NCBI GenBank assembly: GCA_035649435.1
Contig: DASRJO010000105.1
Span: 3,301 to 67,300, forward strand
DNA from: Candidatus Krumholzibacteriia bacterium
GTDB lineage: Bacteria > Krumholzibacteriota > Krumholzibacteriia > G020349025
Direction of reading: 5' to 3'
Length of the DNA: 64,000 bases
How positions within the stretch are numbered: position 1 is the first letter of the stretch; each line of letters opens with the position of its first letter. The notes under the pieces were generated by a model. It made no database searches, was not told the origin of the DNA, and saw only the letters and a list, made by a program, of their open reading frames with translations. The translations under genes and the position numbers were made by a program. This document shows, piece after piece, positions 9,817 to 20,500 of this stretch.

Positions 9817-10746
9817 TCACTCGCGCAGCTCCTTGCCGGTGAGCTTGATGAACAGGCTCTCGAGGTTGGGCTGAGTGACGGTGGTCTCGTACAGCTCGGC
9901 GCCGGCGGCCGTCAACGCCTGCAAGGTCGACGGCAGCTTGCGCGCGGCCTCGCGCATCGCGAGCGTCACCGAATCGGCTTCCACCTGTACGATCTCGACA
10001 CCGTCGAGCCGGCCGAGCGCTTCGCGCACGGGCCCCGGCTCGAAACGCCCGGACAATCGCAACAGGTCGCGTTCTCCGACCTTGGCGCGCAGCTCTGTGA
10101 GCGTGCCCATGGCGATGATGCGCCCATGGTCGATGATCGCCAAGCGATCGCACAGACCTTCGGCTTCCTCCATGTAGTGCGTCGTGTACAAGACGCACGT
10201 GCCCTGGCGAGCTTGGTCGCGCACGAGATCCAGGAGACGCACGCGACTCTGCGGATCGACGCCCACCGTGGGTTCGTCGAGGAGCAAGGCCTGCGGCGTG
10301 TGCACGAGCGCGCAACCGAAGTTGAGCCGGCGTTTCATCCCACCACTGAAGCGCTTGACCGGCTCCCTGGCGCGGTCGTGCAGCTCGATGATCTCGAGCA
10401 CTTCCTGCACGCGTTTCTTGAGTGTGCCGCCGCGCAAGCCATAGGCGGCGCCCCAATAGCTGAGGTTCTCGCGCGCGGAGAGTTCCTCGTAGAGGGCCAG
10501 TTCTTGTGGAACGACACCCAGCTTCTCGCGCGACGCGCGTCCGTCGGTCACGACATCGTGGCCGAAGACACGCACGCGGCCGGCATCGGGCCGGAGCAGG
10601 CCCGAGACGCAACTGATGGCGGTGGTCTTGCCAGCACCGTTCGGCCCGAGCAGGCCGAAAATCGCGCCGGGCTCGGCATCGAAAGTGACGTCCTCGACGG
10701 CGGTGATCGAGCCGTACTGCTTGCGCAGGCCCAGAACCTCGATCAT
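9817..10746 (-). CDS. ABC transporter ATP-binding protein
   Basis: Walker A GPNGAGKTT, signature FSGGMKRRL, Walker B LLLDEPTVGVD, H-loop TTHYMEEA. Confidence 0.92.
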   Translation of the reverse strand: MIEVLGLRKQYGSITAVEDVTFDAEPGAIFGLLGPNGAGKTTAISCVSGLLRPDAGRVRVFGHDVVTDGRASREKLGVVPQELALYEELSARENLSYWGAAYGLRGGTLKKRVQEVLEIIELHDRAREPVKRFSGGMKRRLNFGCALVHTPQALLLDEPTVGVDPQSRVRLLDLVRDQARQGTCVLYTTHYMEEAEGLCDRLAIIDHGRIIAMGTLTELRAKVGERDLLRLSGRFEPGPVREALGRLDGVEIVQVEADSVTLAMREAARKLPSTLQALTAAGAELYETTVTQPNLESLFIKLTGKELRE

Positions 10747-11013
10747 GGCGTGACCCTCCGGAGTGCTGGAAGAAGCTGTGGATCATACGCGATCCGCGTG
10801 CGCGGGGTTACAAGCGCAGGAGGCGCGAGACAAGACCCAGTGGGGATCCGTGAGGCCGTCGTGCGAGCGGGCTCCCGGTCTTGCATCCCGCGGAGGAACG
10901 AACGCGTATGATGAGACCATGACCCTTTAGGCTGAACGTGGATCGCCCGTGCACGCGAAGAGTACGTCCGACCGATTTGGACGGCGCCCACGAGAGGGAC
11001 GCTGGAGGATGAC

Positions 11014-11511
11014 ATGTTGGAGATCGTGACCGCGACCACGCCGGCACATATGGCTCAGGTGCGCGAGCTGTTGGTCGAGTATGCCGCTTGGCTCGGAATC
11101 AGCCTGTGTTTCCAGGGTTTCGACGAGGAGCTGGAAAGTCTGCCGGGGCGCTACGCCCCGCCCGGCGGATTGCTGCTATTGGGTCTGGATGGCGACCGCC
11201 CCGTGTGCTGCATTGGCGTGCGACCGATGGAGGACGGTGTCTGCGAGATGAAACGCCTCTATGTCCGGCCCTCGCACCGCGGCCAAGGGGTGGGCGAGTT
11301 CCTCGTGATGATGGCGGTTGGCAAGGCCGAGTGCATTGGGTACAAGAGCATGCGTTTGGACACACTTCCGGTCATGGCCACGGCTCGACAGCTCTATCGG
11401 CGTCTCGGTTTCCGCGAAATCGAACCGTACTATACGAACCCCGTCGAAGGGGTGGTCTACATGGAGATCGCCCTACCGGTGGAGCCGAACGACTCTGGCG
11501 ACAGTAACTAA
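11014..11511 (+). CDS. GNAT-family N-acetyltransferase
   Basis: The acetyl-CoA binding motif is RLYVRPSHRGQGVGEFL. GGAGG lies 6 nt upstream of ATG 11014. Confidence 0.85.
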   Translation: MLEIVTATTPAHMAQVRELLVEYAAWLGISLCFQGFDEELESLPGRYAPPGGLLLLGLDGDRPVCCIGVRPMEDGVCEMKRLYVRPSHRGQGVGEFLVMMAVGKAECIGYKSMRLDTLPVMATARQLYRRLGFREIEPYYTNPVEGVVYMEIALPVEPNDSGDSN

Positions 11512-11543
11512 GGGGCAAGCTGCCCCGTTTCCCAGGATGAGCG

Positions 11544-12059
11544 ATGCACCGGCGATTTCAGGAGCATGTGGAGATGTACCAGGACCGCATCTACCGCCTG
11601 GCGCGCTACAGCGTCGGGAACCGCGAGGAAGCCGAGGACATCGCGCAGGAGGTCCTGGTCCGGCTCTGGCGTCACCTGGACCAGATCGAGCCGGCCGGTG
11701 TCTGGCCGTGGCTCGTGCGGGTGACGCGCAACGCCAGCATCGACGCCCTGCGGCGTCGCGGCAGCTATCGCGCGGTGGTGGTGCCGGACCCTGAAAATCA
11801 ATCGACACAATGGGTTGCAAGCCCCGAGCGGAGCCCGGCGGCGAATTCAGAGGCCGCCGAATTCCAGCGCCACCTCGAGGCCGCCGTGCAAGAGCTGGCC
11901 GAGCCGTATCGGAGCATCGTGATCCTGCGCGAGATCGAGCAACGCAAGTACGATGAGATCGCGGTTGCACTCGAGCTACCGCTCAACACCGTCAAGGTGT
12001 ACCTGCACCGGGGACGGCGGATGTTGCGGGCCAAGCTCCGGGAGTTCGCCGAGTCATGA
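11544..12059 (+). CDS. ECF-type RNA polymerase sigma factor (module 1)
   Basis: Region 2 reads DIAQEVLVRLWRHL and WLVRVTRNASIDALRRR. Region 4 reads YRSIVILREIEQRKYDEIAVALELPLNTVKVYLHRGRRML. Confidence 0.85.
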   Translation: MHRRFQEHVEMYQDRIYRLARYSVGNREEAEDIAQEVLVRLWRHLDQIEPAGVWPWLVRVTRNASIDALRRRGSYRAVVVPDPENQSTQWVASPERSPAANSEAAEFQRHLEAAVQELAEPYRSIVILREIEQRKYDEIAVALELPLNTVKVYLHRGRRMLRAKLREFAES

Positions 12060-12628
12060 CGCAAAGGGAATCCAGGCCACTGTCGTGCGCGCGCGCCCAG
12101 GTGCTGCTCGAGCTTGCCCTGGATCATGAGATCGATCCAAGGCGCGAAGCGCAGTTCCACCGCCACATCGCCGTCTGTGCGGCGTGTCGCGAAGAGTTCG
12201 AGACCGCACGACGCGTCCAGGGAGGTCTGCGCCAACTCGCGACGGCCGCGTGTCCCGCGACGGTTGGCGCCGCGGTTCGCGCATTCGTCGAAGCGGAGGA
12301 GAGTCGTCGCGAAGGCTGGATGGAGGCCTTGCGTCGAAAGTGGGAGGTCGCCTGGCGCCCGTGTCTGGCCGTGGTCGGCGTGGCTGCGACCGCGACGATC
12401 ATCGCGCTCCTGGCGCGCCCGCCCGCACGACCTGCGGGCGATGCGGCGGCGGTGGCGCAAGCAGAAGAGGAAGTGCGGTGGGCCCTGACCTACGTCGCCC
12501 AGGTCACGCGTCGCGCCAGCGACGACGCGTTGGACCTCACGCTCGGAGCCGTCCTTGGCGACGTGATCGGACGACAAGTGGTCGCACCGGTCACGGAAGC
12601 CGTCGGCAAATCCCTGGAGGAGGAATGA
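12056..12628 (+). CDS. Anti-sigma factor, zf-HC2 type, single TM
   Basis: ATGA overlap with the sigma stop. It carries the HIAVCAACREEF zinc-finger motif and a central TM PCLAVVGVAATATIIALLA. Confidence 0.7.
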   Translation: MTQRESRPLSCARAQVLLELALDHEIDPRREAQFHRHIAVCAACREEFETARRVQGGLRQLATAACPATVGAAVRAFVEAEESRREGWMEALRRKWEVAWRPCLAVVGVAATATIIALLARPPARPAGDAAAVAQAEEEVRWALTYVAQVTRRASDDALDLTLGAVLGDVIGRQVVAPVTEAVGKSLEEE

Positions 12629-13320
12629 GAGCCATGAACGAACGCGAACCCGTTGCGGGTCCATGTCGCCGCCCGACCGCGCGGGCCCGGCCCTGGTGCT
12701 GGGGACTGTACGGTCGGAGCATCCTGCTCGGGCTCCTGCTGTGTCCCAGTCTCGGTGCCACGGAAGAAAAGAAGCGGGCCGATTACAGCCAGGAAGCCGG
12801 ATACGTGGACTTCGAATCGCTCGGTGTCTTCAACGAGGAAGACGCCATCGTCGAAATCTATCTGCACGATGCCCTTCTTGGTATGGTTTCGTCGATGTCG
12901 AAGACCGCCGATCCGGAACTTTCCGACATGCTGTCGAAGCTGAAGCTCGTGCGCGTGCAGAAGTTCGAGATGAGTGACGCGAAAGGCACGGAAGTAGAGA
13001 CCAAGGTTTCGGGTCTCGCATCCAAGCTGGAGAAGGGCGGATGGATGCGGGCCGTGCGCGTGCGCGAGGCCGACGAGAACGTCTATGTCTACTTCAAGAT
13101 GGGCGAAAAGTTGCTTCAAGGCATCACGGTCATGGCGATCGAGGCCGATGGGAAAGCAACTTTCGTCAACATCGTGGGCGAGATCGATCCCGAACAGATC
13201 GGCCGGCTGGGCAAGAAGTTCGACATCGACGAGCTGCACGATCTCAAGGATTGGGAGCACCGCGCCAAGGACAAGGTTGCCGAAGAACCGAAGAAGAAGG
13301 AAAAAGACCAGAACGACTAG
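12625..13320 (+). CDS. DUF4252-like secreted protein
   Basis: ATGA overlap with the anti-sigma stop. It has a signal-like ILLGLLLCPSLGA. The body (YVDFESLGVF, LKLVRVQKFE, ITVMAIEADGKATFVNIVGEIDP) resembles DUF4252, which commonly follows ECF/anti-sigma pairs. Confidence 0.6.
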   Translation: MRAMNEREPVAGPCRRPTARARPWCWGLYGRSILLGLLLCPSLGATEEKKRADYSQEAGYVDFESLGVFNEEDAIVEIYLHDALLGMVSSMSKTADPELSDMLSKLKLVRVQKFEMSDAKGTEVETKVSGLASKLEKGGWMRAVRVREADENVYVYFKMGEKLLQGITVMAIEADGKATFVNIVGEIDPEQIGRLGKKFDIDELHDLKDWEHRAKDKVAEEPKKKEKDQND

Positions 13321-13337
13321 CGCCCGTGGAGGTCGCG

Positions 13338-13910
13338 ATGAAATCGCGTCTTTGCGCTTGCATCCTCGCGGCACTGTTGCCGGCGGTGGCGGGCTGTCTG
13401 TGGACGCCCGAGCTGTCGGAGATCCAGCGCGAGATCGAGCGCCAACTCCCGGGGGCGCGCTTCGAAAAGGACGTGAAGATCAACTTGGGGCCGCTGTCGC
13501 TCGGCCTGGCGCGCTTCGCCACCGGCTTCATCCCCGCGGACGTGGCCCCGGAAGCGCACGAAGCGCACGACTATCTGCAAGAGGTGCGCCGCGTGCAAGT
13601 CGCGCTCTACCGCACGCTCGAGCTGCCGCCCCTGCACAAAGTGCGTCTGCCGCAGCATCTCGAAGACCGCATCCGCGACGAGGGCTGGCATCTGGCGGTG
13701 AAGAAGCAGCAGCCGACGGAGCTCGTCTGGGTGCTGACGCAGGAAGAGAAAGGGCTCGTGCGCGACATCTACGTGATCTTGCTCAACACCGACAATCTGG
13801 CGCTCGTGCGCGTCCAAGGCCGGATGGATCAGCTGCTGGCCAAGGCGATGGAGAATCGCGCCGGCGAGCTGCCGCAAATGCTCGGTCTCGATCTCAGCCT
13901 CCAACAGTAG
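13338..13910 (+). CDS. Lipoprotein, distant DUF4252-like paralog
   Basis: Lipobox LPAVAG-C. The segments LGPLSLGLARF, VQVALYRT and VILLNTDNLALVRVQGRMD parallel the preceding gene. Confidence 0.5.
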   Translation: MKSRLCACILAALLPAVAGCLWTPELSEIQREIERQLPGARFEKDVKINLGPLSLGLARFATGFIPADVAPEAHEAHDYLQEVRRVQVALYRTLELPPLHKVRLPQHLEDRIRDEGWHLAVKKQQPTELVWVLTQEEKGLVRDIYVILLNTDNLALVRVQGRMDQLLAKAMENRAGELPQMLGLDLSLQQ

Positions 13911-13932
13911 TCGCACGCATCTCGTCTCGGGG

Positions 13933-13941
13933 TGCTATAGT
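13933..13941 (+). promoter_or_regulatory. Candidate extended -10 promoter element (TGcTATAGT) for msrA
   Basis: TGCTATAGT in a GC-rich intergenic region, about 58 nt upstream of the msrA start. The -35 is weak (TCGCAC/GCACGC). Confidence 0.35.
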
Positions 13942-13998
13942 GCGTGCCGCGCGCCGTTCTCGGTCGCCGATCGGTGTGGACTCGACACGGAGGTGTGC

Positions 13999-14541
13999 GT
14001 GGCGGAGCACGAAACAGCGACGCTCGCCGGTGGCTGCTTCTGGTGTCTCGAAGCCGTCTTCGAACAGCTGCAAGGCGTGTCGCGCGTCGAATCCGGTTAT
14101 GCCGGTGGCAGCGTGCCGAACCCCACCTACGAGCAGGTTTGCAGCGGCAGGACCGGGCATGCCGAAGCCGTGCAGGTGACCTTCGATCCACAGGTCATTG
14201 CATTCGAAGATCTGCTGCGCGTGTTCTTCACCATTCACGACCCGACGACCTTGAACGCCCAAGGCGCCGATGTCGGCACGCAGTATCGTTCGGCGGTGTT
14301 CACCCACACGCCCGAGCAGCTCGCCAGCGCCACGGCCGTCAAGTCCGAGCTGGACTCGGCAAACATCTACGACGCTCCGATCGTCACCGAGATCAGCCCG
14401 TTGCGCACTTTCTATCGCGGCGAGGACTACCATCAAGAGTTCTTCCGCCGCAATCCGAGCCAGCCCTACTGCGCTGCCGTCGTGGCACCCAAGGTGGCGA
14501 AGTTTCGCCGCCAGTGGCTCGCCAAGCTGAAGACGAAATAG
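13999..14541 (+). CDS. msrA: Peptide-methionine (S)-S-oxide reductase
   Basis: Active-site GGCFWCLEAVF, plus GYAGG, HAEAVQVTFDP and GEDYHQEFF. GTG 13999 has GGAGG 5 nt upstream. GTG 13993 is an alternative start. Confidence 0.92.
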   Translation: MAEHETATLAGGCFWCLEAVFEQLQGVSRVESGYAGGSVPNPTYEQVCSGRTGHAEAVQVTFDPQVIAFEDLLRVFFTIHDPTTLNAQGADVGTQYRSAVFTHTPEQLASATAVKSELDSANIYDAPIVTEISPLRTFYRGEDYHQEFFRRNPSQPYCAAVVAPKVAKFRRQWLAKLKTK

Positions 14542-14562
14542 CGCCCGAGGAGTCACGGGCGC
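14541..14562. terminator. GC hairpin between convergent msrA and giant gene (possible bidirectional terminator)
   Basis: GCGCCCG-aggagtca-CGGGCGC forms a 7-bp stem. The flanks (GAAATA / ATTCT) are only weakly U-rich. Confidence 0.35.
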
Positions 14563-14584
14563 ATTCTGCATACTGTCGCGACCG

Positions 14585-17500
14585 CTACTTGACGACGACG
14601 ATCTTGCGCGTGAGCGTGTGCCCATCGGAGCGCAGGCGCAGGAAGTAGACACCGGAGTCGAGGCTGTGGCCGCGATCGGTGGTCGCGTTCCAGTCGATCT
14701 GCATCCGGCCGGGAGGTCGAGGTTCGTGCAGCAGCTGGCGCACGAGCCGCCCGCGCGCATCGAAGATGCTCAGCTCCACCGTGGCGCGGCGGTACAGCAT
14801 GTATCGCAGCAGGGTGTGGTTGCGCAACGGATTGGGGAACACCTCGAGACGTTCGGCGAAGCGCAGGGCGTCATCGATATGAGCCGAGCGGATCTCCACT
14901 GCCACCGCCGCCCAATCGACGAGGCTGGAGAAGTTGCCGCTCGTCTGGTGATCGCCGGCATCGACCGCACGATCCTGCACCTCGATGGACGCGGTCGCCT
15001 GCTGCGCGCCGCTCGCGGCGCGGGCACGCAGGAACGTGCCATCGGTGCGCACATGCTCGCGATCGCGCAGCGCGACGGCGCGATAGATGATGCCGCCTTC
15101 GGTGAGCGTGGGCAGGAGCCATTCGTAGCTGGCGCTCTCGTCCCCGCTTTGGCATCCGGCATCGAGCCCGGCGGTGTTCGTTGCGGTCACACTTCCGAGT
15201 GGGTCGACGGGGTCGGCGCCGGAATAGCGTGAGACGGCGAGAGCCGCCCGTGCGACCGGGGCGGCGAAAACAGCGGCGATCGTGCCCGGGCTCGGCACCC
15301 CGCGCGCTGTCCACAGCTCCAACCCGTTCTCGCCTTGCCCACCGCATTGCGCCTTCACACGCGTCCATTGCAAGCCCATGCCTTGCACATCCACGACCTG
15401 TCCTAAGGGTTGGCTCGAGATGGCGGCGAGATAGAGATCGCCGCTCACGGCGGCGAGGCCGCTCTCGGTTTGCACCTGGATGGCGAAGGTCGCGGTCCCT
15501 GTCGTGCTCTCGCGGTAGGTGACACCGCGGCCCTCGACATCGAGGCGGACGGTCGCGTCATGCATGGCGAAGCTGTCGCTCGTGCGATAAGTGAAGCCAT
15601 CGAGACCGGTGAAGCCAGGGTCGGGTGTGTAGGTGAACGAGCCGTCATCGCGGAGATCCAGCTCTCCGTACTTCGGCACGTCGAGCACGACGGTGTGCAA
15701 CGTGTCGCCATCGGCGTCGAAGTCGTTGGCCAGCAGACCGGGAGTACGCTGCTGCAGGCTGGTGCCGGCGGCGACGAGGAAGGTGTCCGCATGCGCGATC
15801 GGTGCATCGTTCACCCGCGTCACCTGGAGCGCGACCGCGCCATGGCGTATTGCTCCGGCCGGATCGGAGACGGCGTAGACGAACAGGTCGCTGCCCGAGT
15901 AGTCGGGCAGCGGGATGTAGACGAAGGATCCGTCGGGACGTAGCGTGACGCCGCCGTGCGCGGCACCGCTCACCAGCGCTGCGGTCATCGCATCGCCTTC
16001 GACGTCGAGATCATTGCCGAGCAGGCCCGGGGCATCGACGTGTAGCGTGCCGTCCTCGGTGACGGTGTAATCGTCGGCGCCGGGGAGCGGCGCATCGTTC
16101 ACCGCGGCGATGGCGAGGCTGACTTGGGTGGTGGCGAAGGCGCCGGCGGCGTCGCGCGTGGTGTAGGCGAAGACATCGCTGCCGTGGAAATCAGGCGATG
16201 GCGCGTAGGTGAACGAGCCATCACTGCGCAAGGCAAGCGTCCCATGTGCCACCGTGGTGTGCAGCTCGGTCAGCAACGGCTCGCCGTCCACATCGGTGTC
16301 GTTGACCAGCACGCCCGGAGCGCCCACGTCGAGCGGCATGTCCTCGTCGAGGCCGTAGGAATCCTGCGCTGCCACCGGCGGATCGTTGACCGGCAGGACG
16401 GCGAGGGTGACTTCCGCGCTGGCGCTGCGTCCAGTGCCATCCAGGGCGGCATATTCGAAGCTGTCGTTGCCATGCCAATCGGCGTCCGGGACATAGCGGA
16501 ACGCACCATCCTCGCCGAGCGCCAACGTTCCGTGGCCGGGTGAGCGGACGATCCCGGCGCGCAACGCGTCGCCATCGGCGTCGGCGTCGTTCGCCAGAAC
16601 GCCCGGTGCTTCGATCATCCACTCGCTGTCCTCGGCGCCGGTCCAGGTGTCCGCGATCGGGCGCGGCACGTCGGGGGTCGCTCCGACCTGGAGAAACACC
16701 GTGCCGGTGGCGATCCCGCCGGCGTTGTCGTCGGCGATGTAGGTGAAGCTGTCGGGTCCATTCGAATCGGGCGTGGGCGTGTAGACGAGGCCACCCTCTG
16801 CTCGCAGCTGCAATGTTCCGTGCAAGGGCGGTGTGCCCGGCCGCACGCTCAAGACATCGCCGTCCACGTCGGCATCGTTGGCGAGCAAGACCGGCGCCGG
16901 CAGTTCGAGGGCGCTGTCCTCGTCGGTGGCGAACGCATCGTCGCGTGCCGTCGGTGCGTCGTTCACCGGGGCGACGGCGAGCGTCACGGTGCCGATGGCG
17001 TTGCCGCCATGGCCATCGTCGGCGATGTAGGTGAAACGGTCGCTGCCGTGATAGTCGGCCGAGGGTGCGTAGGTGAATGCGCCGCTCGGTTCGAGTCGAA
17101 GGACGCCGTGCTCTGGTGACGCGTCGAGGCGCAAGCTCATGGCATCGCCATCCACATCGACATCGTTGGCGAGCAGGCCCGGAGCCTCGACGACGAGGAA
17201 GTCATCCTCGTCGACATCCAGCGCGTCGTTCACGGCGCTCGGAGCATCTTGAACGGGACTCACCGTGAGGGTGGCGGTCGTGATGACGCTGCCACCCTTG
17301 CCGTCGCGCACCTCGATGGTGAATGCGTCCGCACCGTGGAAATTCAGTTCCGGGACGAAGGTGAAACCGCCGTCGGCGCTCACGGTGACGGTGCCGTGCG
17401 CCGCTGGCGAGGCGAGGGACGCGACGAGCGCATCGCCATCGGCGTCCGTGGCACTGCCGAGAACCCCAGGGGCGGCGATCGTGAGCGTGACATCTTCCTC

Positions 17501-20500
17501 GGTGGTGAACAGGCTCGGGACGGCCGCCGGGGCATCGTTCATGGGTTGCACGGTGACGGCGACGTTGCCGACGCGTGTCCCGCCCTGGTCATCGTCGGCG
17601 CGGTAGCTCCAGGCATCCGTGCCATGGAAATCCTGCTCCGGCGTGAAGACGAAGGCGCCGGATGTATCCAGGCTCAACGTTCCATGTGCGGGCGGGCCCG
17701 CAAGCGTGACGCGGAGCACGTCTCCTTCCACGTCGCTGTCGTTTCCGAGCACACCAGGAGCCGCGACGACGAGAGCGATGTCCTCGTCGGTGGCGTAGCC
17801 ATCGGCCGTGGCCACAGGAGAATCGTTGATCGCGCGCACGGTGAGCGACACGGAACCCAGGCCCGTGGCGCCGCTCGGATCACGCGCCGAATAGGTGAAG
17901 TTGTCGCTGCCGGAATAGTCCGGATGCGGCGTGTAGGTGAAGGCACCACTCGGGCCGAAGACGAGGGTGCCGTGCGCAGGGGATGTGGCGATGCTCGCGC
18001 TCAGGGCATCGTTCTCGACATCGCTGTCGTTGCCGAGTACGCCGGGAGCGGCGATCACGAGCGCCACGTCTTCGTCGGCGGCATAGGCATCGAGAGCGGC
18101 GACGGGTGCGTCGTTGACCGGTTGCACGCTGAGCGCGACCGTCCCGAGCCCCGTGGCGCCGTTCGCATCACGGACAGTGTAGGTGAACGCATCCGGGCCG
18201 AAGTAGTGGGGAGATGGTGTGTAGGTGAAACCGCCGTTCGGATTGAAGGTCAGCGTGCCATGCGCAGGTGGGGTCGCAGTGCTCGCGCTGAGCGCATCGT
18301 TCTCGATATCGGTGTCGTTGACGAGCACACCCGGCCCGGTGATGACGAGCGCCCCATCCTCGTTGGTGACGTAGGCGTCGGCCGAGGCGAGGGGCGCATC
18401 GTTCACCGCGGCCACGGCGAGAGCGACCGATCCGGTGGTGGTGGCCCCGCTCGGGTCGCGCAAAGTATAGGTGAACGTGTCGCTCCCGAAATACTGCGGC
18501 GCGGGTGTATAGACGAAGGCACCGTCGGCTCCGAGCTGCAGCACGCCGTGTGCGGGAGCGGCGGCGACGCTCGCGCTCAGCGCATCGCCGTCGACGTCTG
18601 CATCATTGCCGAGCACGCCGGGCGCAGCGATCGAGAGTGGAGTGTCCTCGACGGCAGGGTACGCATCACTTTGCGCCGCGGGCGCGTCGTTGCGCGCGGC
18701 GACGAAAACCACGACGGTTTCCATGTCCCCAGCACCGCTCGCATCCCGCGCCTCGTAGGTGAAGCTGTCGCTGCCGTGAACGTCGCGGTTGGGGGTATAG
18801 GTGAAGCCGCCGGCGGCTGCGAGCACGAGGGTGCCGCGCTGGGGTGGTGTCACCACGGTCGCGCCGAGTGCGTCGCCGTCGATGTCGGTGTCGTTGCCGA
18901 GCACACCCGGGGCCGCGATAGTCAGCACGTTGTCTTCGTTGGTGACGAAGCCGTCGCCCGCGGCGCTCGGCGGATCGTTGACCGCCGTGACCGTGAGGTT
19001 CATCGACGCAGCGTCGCTGGCTCCGCTCGGATCACGCAAGGTGTAGGTGAAACCATCGCTGCCGTGATAGTTCGCGCCCGGCGTGTAGGTGAAGCTGCCG
19101 TTGGCATTCAACACCAGCGTGCCATGCGCAGGTGGCGTGTCGACCACTGCCTCGAGGGCGTCGCCGTCGATATCGATATCGTTGCCGAGCACACCGGGAA
19201 CGCTGCGGTCGAGACGCACATCCTCTGGTGTCGCATCGGCGTCGTTGACGGCGGTGGGAGGATCGTTCCTTGCAGCGACGGCGATCGTCACTGTCCCGGA
19301 TGTCGTGCCACCCTTGGCGTCGCTCAAGCCATACGTGAATGAATCCCCGCCATTCCAGTCGGCATTGGGTGTGTAGACGAAGTCCCCCTCGAATCCGAGG
19401 ACGACGGTGCCGTGATCGGGTGGGGAGACGAGGCTCACGAGCAGAGCGTCGCCGTCGATGTCGAAGTCATTGGCGAGAACCCCCGGGGCGGCGACGCGGA
19501 GCTCCAGATCCTCGCTGGCGGACCAGCCGTCGCCGGTCGCCACCGGCCAGTCGTTGATCGCGCGGACGATGAGGGTCACCGTCGCGGTCGCCGTCACGGA
19601 CGCTGCATCGGTCACACGGTAGGTGAAGCCGTCGGTGCCGGCGAAGTCGGGGGCTGGTGTGTAGTTGAAACCACCGCTGGCAGCGAAGACGAGCGTGCCG
19701 TGCTGCGGCGCATCGAGGACGGCGGCGGTCAAGACGTCGCCGTCCAGATCGGAGTCGTTGCCGAGAACGCCTGGCGCCGCGAGCACGAGGGGTTGGTCTT
19801 CGTCCAGCAGGAGGACATCGGACGCGGCGCCGGGCGCGTCGTTCACCGGGCTCACGCTCAAGGTCACCGCTTGGGCGCGGACGCCCCCCTGTCCGTCGCT
19901 CACGTTGTAGATGAAGACATCGCTGCCGTTGAAATCGGTGAACGGAACATAGGTAAAGCTGCCGTTCGCGACCAACATCAGGGTTCCATGCACGGGCGGC
20001 GTGCCGAGTGCCACCGTGAGGGAGTTACCGTCGACATCGACATCGTTGCCGAGGACGCCGGGTGCGTCGATGACGAGCGTGGCGTCCTCAGCGACACCGT
20101 AGCTGTCGGCAGTGGGGACAGGTGCATCGTTGACCGCGCTCAAGGTGATGCCGACGGCAGCGGTGGCCGTTCCGCCTCGACCATCGCTCACACGGTAGGT
20201 GAAGCCGTCGATGCCGTTGGCATCGGCTTCCGGTGTATAGATGAAGCCGCCGTCGGGTTGCACGATCACGCTCCCCCGCGCGGGGGGAGCGTCGACCGTC
20301 GCCACCAGGACATCCCCGTCCACATCGCTGTCGTTGGCGAGGATTCCCGGTGCCGCGATGGTGAGCGGCGTGTCTTCGGCCGTGGCATGGCCTTCACCTG
20401 CGGCGTTCGGCAGGTCGTTGACCGGTGTCACGTTGAGCGTGACGCTGCCAGTGTCTGTGCCGCCGTGCACGTCCCGCAGCTCGTAGGTGAAGACATCGGA

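Noticed and set aside
10743-11047. 98-aa and 79-aa minus-strand ORFs in the ABC / GNAT divergent region
   Set aside because: There are no motifs and no SD. They overlap the GNAT start and the probable promoter region, and their composition is typical of non-coding GC-rich DNA.
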